Source: Rhizaria sp. SCN 62-66
Lineage: Eukaryota
NCBI GenBank assembly: GCA_001724265.1
Contig: MEDY01000188.1
Coordinates: 1 to 64,000, forward strand
Direction of reading: 5' to 3'
DNA: 64,000 nt
The position numbers and the translations under genes are program-made. Below, in pieces: positions 24,601-38,527 of the stretch. The number at the start of each line of letters is the position of its first letter. Position 1 is the first letter of the stretch. The notes beneath the pieces were generated by a model. It was given only the letters and a program-made list of their open reading frames with translations. It was not told the origin of the DNA and did no database searches.

Positions 24601-25250
24601 CACAGTCAAGTTCAACAAGAACGGCGAGATCCACCCTATCTCCTGGCGCGTCCCGCGCAAGCGCAAGGAGTTCTTCCAGGTACGTGGAGTCTGTCATTAA
24701 AATTGATATGTGTTCACAATGTTGATTAATTTGGTGTTTTATTAGCGTACATATGCTGAGTATGGATGTTAATTCCTATTTGACCGGTAATGTGTTGATT
24801 TCACGTCATCCTCAATCTAACATCGACTTTGTTCCTCTCTCTTGTTCTGCGCACACCATTTAGGACGACCTGTACGCCTCCGGCGCGCCGGCCGAGTCTG
24901 GCCTTGCTTCCCTCTCAGACTGGATCTCCGGCGCTGTGGAGCGCGAAGTCCAGGTCTCCGGCCGCGCGGGCCAGACCAAGTTCGCTCAGAGCACCGTGTC
25001 GCTGCGGCCGGCCGGCATGCCGCTGCTGTCTGAGGCGCCCGAGGAGGAGCTCTCGGCGGGGCAGAAGAAGTACGTGGCACAGCAGCTGCTCAAGAAGGCC
25101 GAGCCCGCCAAGGGCTTCCTGGGCCACACGAGCAGCGAGGACGCGATGCAGTATTTCCGCGATAAGGCCGAGACCGGCGTCGTCAACAGCGGGCGCTTCT
25201 CGGCCAAAACCGTCGCGCACGACGACGTTGCCGACGACGAGTGGGATTAA
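21655..25250 (+). CDS. CORO7: Tandem coronin (coronin-7/POD-1 type), ~1,027 aa, 4 exons
   Basis: join(21655..23442,23602..24149,24319..24679,24864..25250). Introns start GTACGG/GTACGT and end AG. Two WD40 coronin units (HGGEIADLAFSPHSDYLLATVAKDDTVK; LTALEFSPFDHQQLCTASEDGTVK), coronin signatures VRKQRGWYPELFPDT and VPRKRKEFFQDDLY, and an acidic C-terminus DDVADDEWD before TAA. Confidence 0.88.
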
Positions 25251-25295
25251 GCAGACTCCTTGGCGGGCTTCCCAATGGGCTATCAACAGTTGATG

Positions 25296-25336
25296 AAACT
25301 GTGCAGAGGCTGCGAAAACTGTGCAGAGACTGCGAA
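25296..25336. repeat. ~20-bp imperfect tandem duplication in the coronin 3' UTR
   Basis: AAACTGTGCAGAGGCTGCGA followed by AAACTGTGCAGAGACTGCGAA. Confidence 0.85.
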
Positions 25337-25790
25337 TCGGTCGCAGTTCAGTGGCAAGAATCCTGGACTAAGATCGATTTCTCGTGAAAGTCTTCAGTTC
25401 GTTCGATTAATGTGGAATTCCTTGATCTATTAGAGATTTGTATATTGAACTGAACTGTTATTATTTTTAAGACATATAGGAATAGTGGCTAAAGTGAATC
25501 TTGAGTGCTTTTCAACTGTGGCTCGCGACTGGCGCCCACGGCGCCCACCCAGAGACACTTGGAGCTCGAAAGATATCAAGGGTTATATCAAGATATTAGT
25601 TTGTATAAGACATACATTTGCTAAAATTCACATTTATTTTAAACGAGCAATATATCTTATTTATAACATTATCACTGACGGAAGTCTCAACGAGATCTAG
25701 CTCAATGTATACCTACCTGTACGCACTACTTTGACTCCTCTCGTCCCGCCAAGTTCTTTTTCCAGTAGCACGGCTCTTAGACGTGAGAGA

Positions 25791-28700
25791 ATGAGGGATT
25801 ATGGCCCAGATTTGCCTCCACGGTCTATAGAACTAAACGATCGTCTTGCCAACATCCTTAGCGGAGTCAACTCGCTTGTTGTATCGGAGGTTTCTCTCTA
25901 CAGCACTGCTCAGAATCGTGCTGAGTCGAACCCTACATCCGGACATGCATTCCAAAGCGTCAACTCAAGTCAAGCGCAACCAGCGACCGCATGTGACAGG
26001 CAAATCACGACGCGCGAAGTCATAACCGCGTGCGTTGAGCTCATGTGCGACGATTCCGCATCTCTAGCCCCACTCGCGCTCGTCTTCGCCAAAATCGTTC
26101 AGGTTTGTTCTCACTCCCCCTAATCACGGATTATCAAGATACATTGCACATCAACAAGCGTAACTCACTAGGCATGACTAATCAACTGTATTGTATAGGT
26201 TTTTCCGTCTGGTCACACGCTGAACACGTTTGCATCCGGCGTCCTGCACGATATGATGCAGCCCACTTCCATTGTGACAAGCAGTGCGAACGCAGGCGGT
26301 GCCGCACCGCCGTTGCGGTCTTACGATGCTAACGGCACGGTTGTGCGCTTGCCCGCGTTGTTTGGTAAACATTTTGCTCTCGGCACAGCCGCGCGGCACG
26401 CACCTGCTTCTGCGCGTAACACAGCTTCTGCTGGTTTTGCAGCTAATGATGCAGCGGTAACGCAAAGCTCCCACATAGAGGCGCGTACAAAGAGCGCGAG
26501 CAAAAACGCGCGCAAAGGTGCCCGAAACAGCAATAGTAGCAGTAGCAGTGCGCATTTGGCGCTGCGCGCTGCTGCGACACCGATGTTCCCCCAGTCAAGC
26601 TGCGGCGTCGACATCAGCGACGATGACAACGACGTTGACAATTTTAACGATCGTGGTGACGGAAATCAGTATCACAGTATCGCTTAGACGAACGGCGTCA
26701 CATACCATAGTCGCGGCCGCAGTGGTCGTCGTGCTGGCCGCGCTACGCGCAACCTGTGGTGGGATCATAGTCATGCACTCGCCGCGTGTCACGGGGCCGA
26801 CTTTGTCGCATCCTGCCTGAACATCTCGGCGGGCGCAGACACAGCGTGCGACTGCCGCAGCTACTGCGCGTGGGATGTGCGCCTTACTGCCAGCATTTTA
26901 GTGGACGCTATTGACTCGCGCGTCGAACCCAGCTCGCTCGAAGTCAAGCCGCCCTCACCCGAAGTCAAGCCTTCCGTGCTACTGGCGCTGGGCTGCGCCG
27001 TCTCGCTTGCGGTCAGCGCGGTGCTGGCTGCCGGCACCGACTGCACCAACCCGCCGTCCCCGTTTGCGGCCAACGCGTTTGCTGCCAACACGATTGCCGC
27101 AGCACGCGCAGTCGCGAAGTCGATCGACACACTCACACATGACAAGGATCAACAAACAGTGACGTGTCGTGACTGTGAGCACTGGCAAGGCTGGACACGC
27201 AATAGCTCTTTTAGCGCAGTCACAAGCAACAGCTTGACTAACAGCATGGAACTTCGTACGGCTTGCGCTGTACCCTCTGGAACGTATCACCCTGCCCTGC
27301 GCAAGCCCTGTCTGTCCGCCCACCCCCTGCAGCCGTGCATGTTGCTGCTCGCAGTCGCCGCTACCCAGGCGCAGGTCTTTCCGGAGCGCCTCCCGACGTA
27401 CTTACACAGGCTATGGCGGCCCTTAGACGTGATCGCACGGCACGCTGCTGTTGCACCGGCGTGCCGTGCGCACTGGGGACAGCCTTGCATACAACTGCAG
27501 TCGCGGTCACAAGCGCTCTCGCACTCGTAGACACAGCTACAACCATGCCCTGCACGCTGCTGTGGCTGCTGCCACTCGGCAAGAGGCGCCGAGCACGGTG
27601 ACCAGCCGGGCTTCCGCGTCCGGCCCAGCGACCTCTCTTTGCTGCTGCTTTGCTCGCGGTCCTGGCCTCCCGCCGCCGCGGCCGCGCTGATGGCAGTGCT
27701 AGCGAACGCGCCCGCCGCGGTCTGGTTGCCACCACCGTCGCAGGCGCACGTCGTGGGCTCCGCAGCCGTGGCGCGCGCGGCCGCGATGGCCGGGTCTGCG
27801 GTAGACACGCTCGCGGGCACCGTGGTCTCCGCCGTCGCCGCCGGGGCCGAGGCGCACGGAAGCGCCGTGGCCTCGCCCAAGGACAGGTTTCTGTCACGGG
27901 AGGCGAACCGCGAGTATGTGACGCTGGTGGCGTCCCTTGCGGCGCCAGCGGCCGGTGCAACGAACACGACGGCGTCAGTCAGCAGTAAGATGCACCTGTT
28001 TCAGGAGGATGAGGAGGAGGACAATCGCTGTTCTAACGCCAATGGGACGCACTTCTGCTGTGGCGCGCCGCCCGTGAAAGGTGAGTTACTGAATGGGCTT
28101 CATAACAACAGCAATGTGAATGTTACAGCACATTCTGCACTGAACAACAACGCGAAGAAGAATGGTCAACAAGGCCGGACGTCAGTGCCTGCTAATGCTC
28201 CAGTTGCGTGGCACACGATTGCGCCTTCTTTCTCGACGACGCTGCTCGTTGCTAAGCTGCTGACCGTTGCATCTTCTTTACATCACTCTCTTGCAGCAGC
28301 GCGCCTAGGCAGTGGCTCTTTGTCCGTTGATGTAGAAAGCTGGCGCAGCCTCACTTTCCGAGAGGCACTCTCGCTGATCTGGCCTCTACCTGATACAGTC
28401 CCTTTTGGACGACAGCATTTGTCGCAGCAGTCTGTTGGCAGCTCTCCGATTTTTACGACGCTGTTAACAAGGCAATCAAAGGAAGAGTACCTCTTGTCGC
28501 TCCAGGCAAAACTTGGCCAGCAACAACATCTGAACACTGACTGTGACAAGGAGCGGTTGTCCAGTAGTGTTTCTAACAGCAACGACCGCGAGTCTCAGTC
28601 GCTGTTTTTGCTCCACGCACGTGGCCTCGTGCCCGCTGCGGACGCGGCGTCGGTAGCCCACGCGCTGATGTGCGCGCTGCCACCGCTGCACGCGCAGGCG

Positions 28701-31700
28701 CGCGCCGTCCAGGCCCGCCGTACGCTGCTGTGGGCGCATGGTGTCGTCTCAGCCGTGGCGATCGCAGCGCCGGTATCGCTGGGCAGCGCCGCCGCCCAAA
28801 TGAATCGTGAGCGAAACGTGGCAGATGATGGTGTCTTCTCTCGCTTGAACTCAGCATCAGCATCCGCGGAATTGTCTAGGGCCAGTGCAAGCGCAAGCCG
28901 TGTGGCGACGCCCGCGCCGACGCCCGCGGCGTCCCCACACTGCCTGCTCGTGCTGGCCGCGCGCGCCGCGCTGTCTGTGTTCGCGGAGCCGCCTCTGCTG
29001 CAGCGTGGCGAGCTGGCCTACCTCGCAGAATGCGTTCCCAGCCTCGCGCTGCCAGTCGCCCCCGCGCTGCGGCTAGCTTTTGCGGCGATGTACGGCGCGA
29101 CGACCGAGCTCAAGAGCAAGAACGGAGCCAATGTGATCTTGCAAACGCCGGAATCCGCGAATAACGTATTTGCTGAGTCGGTTCTGGGTGCGAAGACGCT
29201 CACTGCCAGCGAGTTGGTGATGGTGGCTTTGCTTGGCGGCGCAAATGAATATGCGCATTATCCGCAGTCGTTGCTTACGGTCGCAACCGCGGTGCTTTCC
29301 CAACATAGCCTTAACTTACAAAATAGCGGTAATGCGAAGACGCATAACTCGTTGGCATTGTTGCCGTCTCTTGTGACGTCGTTCCAATCGCTCCCAGCTC
29401 CACACATTGTCGTGCCAGTTCTGTTACGTTTGGCCTTGAATCTCATTGAAGCCACGCCTGCGCTTGCGTCGGCCGCGGCAACGCGTGCGCCGACCGTTCG
29501 GTACAGGCAACAGGCGCAAATGCAGACACATCCTGACTCGCATCCGTTTCGCAGCGTGCAGGCGCAGTAGTATACCCAGTCGCCGGTCAGCACACTGCAC
29601 CATGCAGGTGCCGAGCTCTTGACTGTGTTGCTCGTTCATGTGCCTGGCGCGGGGTCCACTGTCCTGAACCACGTGCTGTGCGGCGTGACTGGCATGCCGC
29701 GCGCGCTGCTGCTCTCCAACAACATCAATACCGACTGCATGGTGGGTCTGAGCAATAGCGGCGCATCAAATAGCAACGGGTCTATCGAGCACGAATACGA
29801 CATGTCAATCCCTGGCCATCTGTCCCCATCAGATCTAAGTATCCCCTTAAACGCCACGAGCTCGCACGTGTACCGCGGGCTAGCGCTGCCACGCCCCGCC
29901 GGTCTCTCGCAGCCGCCGAGCGACGTGGCCAGCGTGGAGACATACGCGGACGAGATCATCAAGCTTTCTGGAGTGCTGGGGGAAACAGGCGCAAATATCA
30001 CCGGTGCGACGGCAGCGCAGGATGTGACTGGCAATTCAAGTCGTCATGGCAAGCGTGAGGCGTCGCAGCGGGACTTGGCTGACGACAACGTGCACGATGT
30101 CACCAACACTAACGATGAGCATAACCTCAGTGATCGCGACGGCTTCCTTCTCACGGTCACGCACTTAGACTTTGGTCACTGGGAAACTGCCCCCCTCGCG
30201 CACCTCGCGCTCGCTGGTCCCCGCGTTCTGGCATTGTTCGGCGCGCTGACGCTCGCACCACATGCGCTCACCGTGTCGCTCAACGCTCATTTGTATTATC
30301 ACTATATGTCACTTGTACCATGGTCAGTGCCGGTTCCTGCTCCACTCAACCCTTCAATCGCACACAACCAGGCTATCAGCACGTTTTTACAGACGACGGC
30401 AGCCAAGCAACTACTTAACAGCCCTGGCTCTCAGCAACACGAACAGCTGGCTGTAAGCGCGTGCCTCCCTCGCTGGCTTGGAATGCCCACGTTTGCTACA
30501 ATGCGCGGTTTAGTGTTCAACGACGACGCGAGCTACCTGCGCTATGCGATTCTGTCTTTTGCTCAGCAGCAGCAGAAGCAGTCGCAGAATGCGCGTCTTG
30601 CATCCACCCAGACTGCATCGGCGTCCAGTATCGCGTCGCCTCTTACGGCCACCGCGCCAGTGCGCAAGAAGATCGGTCGGCCGCGCCGCGTGGGAGTGCC
30701 GACTCTTGCCGAAGCAGACAGCGAGCCGTCTGCTGACGCACAAGCGCAGTCTGCGAGCAGCGCATCCACAGCAGCACCATCTGCTGCGTCTGTCTCAGCT
30801 GTCGCCCTGGTCTCAGCGACAGCGGCCGCAAACACCCCTGCGGCGGTTGCGTCAATGACCGTGGGCACGAACAAGCCAGTTTCGGAGGCGGCCCAGCGCT
30901 CGCTCCGCTACTCGCTGCTTCTTCGCGCCTGGGCTGGCGTTGCTGTGAATGCCGATGTTGTGGAAGAGGATTCTGTGCATGGTCGTCGTAGCTTCGATGA
31001 GTACTCACGCTTCGGCTCTCCTGCGGCTCGTGCAGTGTTGGTTGCGCACTCGCATCAGCTTTTAGCCTTCACTGCAGACCTTACATTGCTTCCCTGGGGC
31101 CGTGCCGCTGCGCTGGCTGCCGCGACCGCCGCTGTGGGTGCCACTGCAGTGCCCATGCTTGGCGACAAGCTGGCCATGATGGCGCGAAAGCTCAGCGTCG
31201 CGCGCGGTGGTAAAGAACGCGCGATTGCTGCCTTGCTTGCTGTGCTGCTGCATAAGCACCGCGCGACCGACTCTGTGCGCGCACTCACTGCGAACGCGTG
31301 CAATTTGACGCAGCAGCCGCAGCAACAGCAAAGGATGCAATGGGGCCCGGGTGGGGCTGCAGTGCCCTTGGGCGATGCTGTGTTGATTTCTGCACTGACG
31401 CAAGATGCCCGGACTAAGGCTCTTGTTCTGCTTCTGATGAACTGTGAAACTTCGTCTCCTCTCGTGCTTTCGCGACAGCAGTCGCTGGTTGCGGCCCAGC
31501 GGCAAAAGGCGCTGCAGCTTCACGTCGGCTCGCTAAAACAGCAACAAACGCGTGCCATGTCCGCGCACGCGGCGCGTGCTCTTTTGCAAGCGCTTCCCTC
31601 GCTTGCGGCGCTTGTGTCTGCACATCTGGAACGTGACCTTTCATATGAAAGGGCATCACGCGGTTCCGTGCGTTTGCACGCACTAAGCTCCGCGGCATCC

Positions 31701-34700
31701 GTGTTCGTCTCCAAATTTGCAGGCGAGTTCTCTCAGTGTTTTGAGACCTTGTCGATGACATCTGGAGACCATAGTCGAGCGACCGCGTTGGCTTTGTCTG
31801 TTGCGGAGTTAGCTGCACGCACAGGTGGTCATACTCTTGCATCGTTAAGTACCTTTACGCGACCCTTACATCCGTGGGGACTTCTCGTCGCAACGATCGC
31901 ACGCGCCCTGTGCGACGAATCGCATTTCGGCTCAACGCAAACGCGTTGTGATACGACTCTCACCACATGTGCTGTCATTATTGGCGCTCTTTCTGGCGTG
32001 CTCACATTACCAGAAATACTTGCCTCGGCTCTGGTTCAAAGCCCGAACGATAGCACTCTGCCTGTCTATCACAGTGTTCTCGCGCGTGCACAGGCAATAT
32101 CGCAGCTGAGTCTTGCGCTGTGCTCAGGCATCGAGAGCGTCACTGATGTAGTGTTACGCCAATCGATTTTGACTACCGCTGGCGCTGTCACAAGCAATCA
32201 TGGTGCCGGAACGGCTCATGAAAATGATCAAATGTGTGACTTACAAAGCCAGCTCCCGCTAACATTAGTTGAGGTCTCAACTCTCACGGCTATTGTTGGC
32301 ACCGCAGACGCATCTGCATCTTATATTGCCGCGATCACTCCATCTCCGACATCAAAGAATGCTATTAGCACCGTCACTGAAGGCGACAACGAGGGCAGCG
32401 GCGACGACTTAGGCGACGGTGATGGCGAGGATACCCCGTGTCCCAGCGTACTGGCCTCTGCGCAGCCCGGCGCGGCGGTGGCGGCCAAGGATCGCCGGCT
32501 GGCTGCAGTGCGTGCGACAGAGTGGTCGCGGTCACCAGCGGTAGCCCCAGCAGCGGCGCCGGCAACAGCTCTCTGCTCATTCGCCGTTGCAGTCTCGCTA
32601 CTTGAGCGCTATATTGACTCAATCTCAATCAGTTCGCCGTCGGTCGGAGCGATGGATGAATCAGTACAGAGCATAGTGGGTTCGCGCGTTGTGACGCTCA
32701 GCCCAGCAGCCCTTCTCACGGTTGTGAACGTTGTCATGGCGCACGTTTCACAAGCGGTAAGCTCGGGCTTCACACTCGATAGTCGCACGAATAGTGATTC
32801 AAGCAACGGAGATGCAGCGGTGCAGATTGCCCTTCGTGTGGTGCCAATTGCACTGTCACTCCTAATCGTGCTTGTGCCAGCCCAGGACAAGAGCGCCGAT
32901 ATGTTTGTCACATCAGGCACCCCAACGAGCTATTCATCCGGCTCAAGCGCAAGCTTAAGTGAGAGTGCGAGTGCGAGCTCAGGCGCTTCTGTGGACAACA
33001 ACTGGAAGAGCCTCGACGATTGTGAGAGCCTTGTTCCGGCGCCTACCGTGACAGATTACGTCTGTAGGCACTTCTCACGCGCAGCGGTTGACTCCATCAC
33101 CAATAGGTCGCAGCCCCTAGCAGACCTCGTCACAAAGAGCAAGCAGTTCCAAAGCAGTGCCGGGCTTCTCTCTCAAGCGCACCAAAGGTGGGCAGCCGCG
33201 TTCGCTGCCGACTTATTCCCGCAAAAGTTAAAGGAGGCCTTCTCGCCGTACCGCCCCTCCCCGCTCGTGGCGCAAAGCGCACCGTCGGCCGCTTCCCAAA
33301 TTGCTGCGACAACGGAAGCGACTCTCATTCTCCAGGACTGTCGCCTAGCTGCCCTTGCTCTCATCACGCCGCTGTGGCCCCTCCTTGCGGCCGCAGCGCA
33401 GCGCGCCGCAGTCACCGCTGCCGTTACCACGCTCTCGCGACGCCTGCATCCGCAGCTCGCCGCTGCCGTTCGCTCTGCGATCGCGCCTCCGTCCGCTCCG
33501 TCCATGTCAGATGGCGGCGCCGGCGACGGCAGCGGCTGCTTGGAGACGTCGACTGCGCTCGCGGCGCTGCTGCTGGTGATGCTGCGGGCCGAGTGTCAGG
33601 CTGCTGCAGCTCCCGGCGGCGCAGTGTACCAGCTCGTTCTCAGCGCATACCTAGAGGCTGCGCTCGCTTTGACGCCGAGCAAGATAAGTCAGAAACAACA
33701 GGACGCGGACTTGAATGTTGATAAGAGTGCGTGTGCATACCGAGCTGTGCAGCCTTGGCGGCTGGCAGCGCTGTACAATACGTTGCCAGAGCTTGCGGCA
33801 GCTGCACTGTTGCCTCTCCCCGAAGCAGCACGCGGTATTGCGAAAACGACAATCCCGATTTTGCGTTCGGTGGTACTCATGACCGCGTCTGCGATGGCGA
33901 GTTATAGCAAGGAATCAGGCAACTTACCCCACTTGAACAGCTCGGTTCATTTGTCGGAAACGAGTCGCGCCATGCTCGACGTTGTTGAACTTGACACTGA
34001 AGATCGTACTTATGCTCACGTCAATCGCATGAAAGGCCAAATGCAGACGACGAATCAGCGCACTGAATTCCACACTGCGCTATTCGAGCTCGACTGGGCT
34101 CGGAGTGTGATCTCACATTTACTTATGCTTCCTGCTCCACAACTGCAGCACCAGACGCAAGATAGAAGCATTGGATCTGCCCGCTTGCTTGGATCTAACG
34201 GCTCATCGGCAACCGTGTTGCCTTCAGGTGCGGCGCTGGCACTTGTATCGCCTGAGGTCGCTGTTTTTCAACGTCTTGGACCGCAGAAGCAGGAAGACAT
34301 GTGGAGGCTCAAGGAGAAAGTGCGCGATCTAGAGCTTGCCGCTGCGTCTAAAGGGCCTCGTCGTGGTGCCAGTGCCATGGGCAAGTGGGCGAGCAGGAAA
34401 CGAAGTCTGGACAGTGCGCGTGCTGCTGACCGCAGTGGTACAAACGGCACTGATGACGAGGCGTTAGAAGAAGGTGAGTCGGACGAATCCGACGCAAGTA
34501 TTAGTATCAACAGTGGTAGTGATCTCAATACTGATGATGACAACTCAGACGATGATTTGGAGCTGCAGCCCCAAGAGCAGCAGCGACCAGGCGTTAGTGA
34601 TGATCAGTCTCGACTGGCATCGTTTTTTGGCTTACCAGTATCTTCTTTCGCGAAGGACAAAGCAAAGTACAAGAACAAGAATACCGAAATGCGTGTGATC

Positions 34701-37700
34701 GTGCCACAAAACACTGCTGTTAACGATCTTAACATCATCAATGAAACGGCGGCTATCAAGGTTGTTAGCGGTGATTCTGAGGCGAAGACCAACAGTTCTG
34801 CGTCAGCCAATATCTCATCTGCGGCTACGCTAGTCCCTGTCAGCAAGAAACCGCGCATGATTGCTCCGAAGTTAGTCGCTCCTGTGAGCACAGCATGCAA
34901 CAACGAAAACACGACGCGTGACGGCAATAGCAACAACAGCGAGCCCAAAAACTATGAATCTCACGGTGAAGATGACTTCTTCATTTCTCTCTTAACTCGC
35001 ACGCAAGCAACTGGAACCATATCCAGCAATTGCGACATTAAGATAAAGATTGAACTGCTGAGTGCGGACGAGTCCACTTCCGCGCAAATTCTGGCCAAAC
35101 AGCTGCACCAACGGGGACAAGGAAAGACTCTTGTGACGCTTAATCCTGCAAATACCAATTGCGCCCTGTCTCAGTACCTTCAGTCGCTGCCGCTTGCAGC
35201 GCGCACGCATCCAATCACGTCTACCTTAAGCACGCTTGAGACGCACGCGGACGCGCTTGCCAAGCGCACGGCCCTTGCGCTATCCGCAGCCGTGCCCTCC
35301 CCTTTGCAAGCACAGGTGCAAATGCCTCTCTGTGCCGCAGCTCTGTCCACTGCACTTGTGGCGCTGCTTGAACCGTTCCTATGGGCGGCTGCGGCACGCG
35401 CCCGCTGCTACACCGGTGTGCGCACCGTCACCGGGCTGCGCGCGCGCGTGGCTGCGCTGGTGGCGACCGCAAAAGCGAAGCGGGAACGTAAGGACCAGGT
35501 TCGCGCGTGTCGTCAGTGGCTAGAAGAGATTGGGTATGGTCGCGGTGATTTGGGATCTAATCGCGGGCGTGCCGGGGCGAATGCTGCGCAGATTGGTGTC
35601 AAGGGCAGTGTGCGAGGGCGCCGAAAGGGCTTTAGGGTTCAGGTCCGCAACGCTGCGATCTCTGTTGGCACCCAGGCCGCTGGAGACACGGGCAAGCTCT
35701 CTGGCGCAGCCGCGGTCTCCCGAGCGCAAACTATGGGGCTCAAGGTGGCGACGCTGTACCGGCCGATGGGAATCAGCGCTGCGGCGGCGGCCGAGGCGCG
35801 GGCCCGCCTCGCCGCGCGGCTCTGCACGTTCACCGCCGCGGACTCGGTCGAGATGCTGTATTTGGCGGAGCCCTGGCGGTCGACGGCGCTGCCACACTCG
35901 ACGCTGCTTAACACAATATTCCCGTCACTTATGGCGGCCTTCAGCGCGGCTGTGACCGCACTGGCGCGCGCGATGCCTCTCGCCACATCAAGTCACGCCG
36001 TAGCTGCCGACGCAGGTGCCGAGAGCGACACCGCTTTTGTGCCCGGCGCGGCGCGACTAGCTTCAGTCGTCATCGGCGGTCTGTCGCTGTTGCTGCCGAC
36101 GGTGATCCCAGTTCTTGTCGACGGCGACGGCGCCGCGGGGGCGCGATTCCGGTTGCAAGCCAAGTACGTGAGGCCGCTGGCAGAACTGAAACGCGTCGTG
36201 AATGAGCTGTCGCAAGCCGTCTCCACTGCGATCTCCGTTGCGGCGGCGTCGAGGGCGGCGGCAAGTAACGCGTCAGACGTAAAGCATAAGAGCAGTTCAA
36301 GCTCGATAGCAGCTTGGACGGACTCGGCACAATCGGCAGCGCTGTCTGCGACCGTTCCAGCGCCTTCAGTCGCGAGTACACACACAGCAGGCGTTACAGC
36401 AGCAGCATCAGGGTCTACTGCGTCTTTGTTTGGGTCAGCTCAGCTTGCGGCAGCGTTGCGCGCCGTCACAGCTGTCGCCGACTCAACCAAAACCAGTACA
36501 AACGCAGGGATCGGTCGACGGCGCGCCGGGCGCCCGCGCAAAGACGCGCCCCGTGGCCACGGCAACGACAGCGAGGTTGATGATGTGGACTTGGTCGGCA
36601 ACAACGGTCCTGCCAACGGCGACCTGACTGGTTTTTCTGAAGCTGCGAAATCTAGCAACGTCTTGTGTTGTCTCAACATTGGCAACACTTTGTGTAGCCA
36701 CGATCTCTGTTTGCACCACAGTGATGATGTGCGTGCGCCGCATGATTTCACCAGTTCCGCCGCGAACAGCCAGTCCCATACGACCGTTTCTGCTACGACT
36801 TCGAGCCAACCACAGCCCGTTCAAAGCCTCTCCCGCGCCGCTTACAGTCATCTCGCGATCGCCTCTGCACTCTCGGCCCCGTTGCCGCTCCCGCAGTGCG
36901 CGTCGCTGCAGTCTCTGCAGCCCCTGTTGGAGCAGCTCTCGGCGGACATTGGCGACGCGTTCACCGCCGTGCTGGCGGTAGCCGACACGTTCGCCGTCGA
37001 TGTGACGATGATGCGGCGAACCGCCATCCTGGTGGGGCTGCCGATCCCGCCCGTCTTTGAGGACTCCGACTCCGACTCCGACTCGGAGGCGGAGGCGGAG
37101 GCTGAAGCTGAGGAGGTGGACGACGACGGAGACGATGGCCGTGCGGCGAGAATCTGTCCTCTCAACCGTCCTAAAAGCTAGCAAGCGAAATCGGAGGCCA
37201 AGAAGGTTCGGCCCGCGCCTGTGGCAACGGCAGCAGCTGCCGCTGCGACTAATGGTGCAACTACTGCCTCTGTTGCGGACATCATGGCCGCTGTCGCAGC
37301 AACAACAACGAATGCAGCCGCAGCCCCCTCCGTGCGCCCTCAGCAACGCCACCTACCTGTGGCCGGTATAGACCCCCGGACGATGGCGATGGCGGTTGCC
37401 GCGGCAGCGAAGGCAGCCAGCGCAGCTGCGACTTCGTTAACGCGTCCGCAGCAACCATTACATCAGACATCAACAGCCGCTACGGCAGTAACACTCGCTG
37501 CAGCAGCAGCGGAAGCAGCAGCATCAGCAGCATCAGCGGCGAAGGCTGTGGCACAATCGAATGTTGCCGCGGAAGCCGCCAAGGAGGCTGCCGCTGAGGC
37601 CGCCGCCGAGGCCGCTGCTGAGGCCGCATACCGCAGCTCTGTCACCTCCACGGGCACCGGCGGCGGTCGTTCTGGCGCGCTCTTGGCGAGTGCAGGCGCT

Positions 37701-38090
37701 GGCGTGGTCAAAACGACCGGCGGCACCGCGTTGCCGACACGCAGTCTAAACCGCGTGGTCGATCGATGGCTGCAGGAGGACCAGGGCGCCGAGCCCGGCG
37801 GGGAGGCGGGGGGCGGCGGCCGCGCAGGCAGGCGCGGCGCATATTATGATGATGACGAGAACGATGATGGTGGCAGTGATGCTGTTGATGGGTATGGAAG
37901 GATGGGACGGGGTACTGAGTTTATTGACCGTATCCGCGGGTTTGTGCCTGGATCTGTGCGCGGTGGACGTGCAGGTGGGCGACAGCAGCGGCAGCATCCG
38001 CACCAGCAGCAGTCAGGGGCCGGTGAAGACGCGTTCCTAGACTTGGCTGATTTTGTGGTTGAGGACGATGATGACGATGATACCCGCTAA
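25791..38090 (+). CDS. Giant (~4,070 aa) Ala/Leu/Ser-rich protein of unknown function, probably nuclear, 4 in-frame TAG codons
   Basis: join(25791..26102,26199..38090). Intron 26103-26198 (GTTTGT...GACTAAT...ATAG). A short first exon 25705-25718 with intron 25719-25780 (GTACGC) is possible. The 11.9-kb exon is one frame with no TAA/TGA until the final TAA, interrupted only by TAG at 26685, 27528, 29568 and 37179. GRP AT-hook-like motifs and acidic tracts are present. Confidence 0.75.
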
Positions 38091-38527
38091 TATATGCGCT
38101 ACGCGCAATAATATCACTGAACGATACGATGTTCTGCTGTTTTTTGAATATTATACTACTTTGTACATGTATATATAGCCGTTTAATACAAATTACAGTT
38201 GATTTCCTTTTGAACGACCACCCCAGAGTGAGTCTCACCACAAACGCCAAGAAATCAAGCCGCACCAGATCTGTGGCAGGACAAATCTGGTCTTTGGCTC
38301 TTTTTTCACGATAAAACAGATGATCAATACGACCGCTTTTGGGGATGCACTTAGTATAATTGTATTGTTTGTGCTTGTTAGTACTAGCACTCATTTAAGC
38401 AAACGTCGATAGTTTTGTTTATTGATGTCATATCTTCGAAACCAAAACTGACCACACTTCGCGTTTCGCGCTGTCGCACGCCGCTATTTGCTGCCCCCCA
38501 TGTTACTTGTTCTAGACTATCGCAGAG

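Noticed and set aside
26199-38090. Internal stops as pseudogene decay or sequencing error
   Set aside because: Decay or error should also give TAA/TGA and frameshifts. This 11.9-kb exon and the 12.7-kb USP exon have only TAG.
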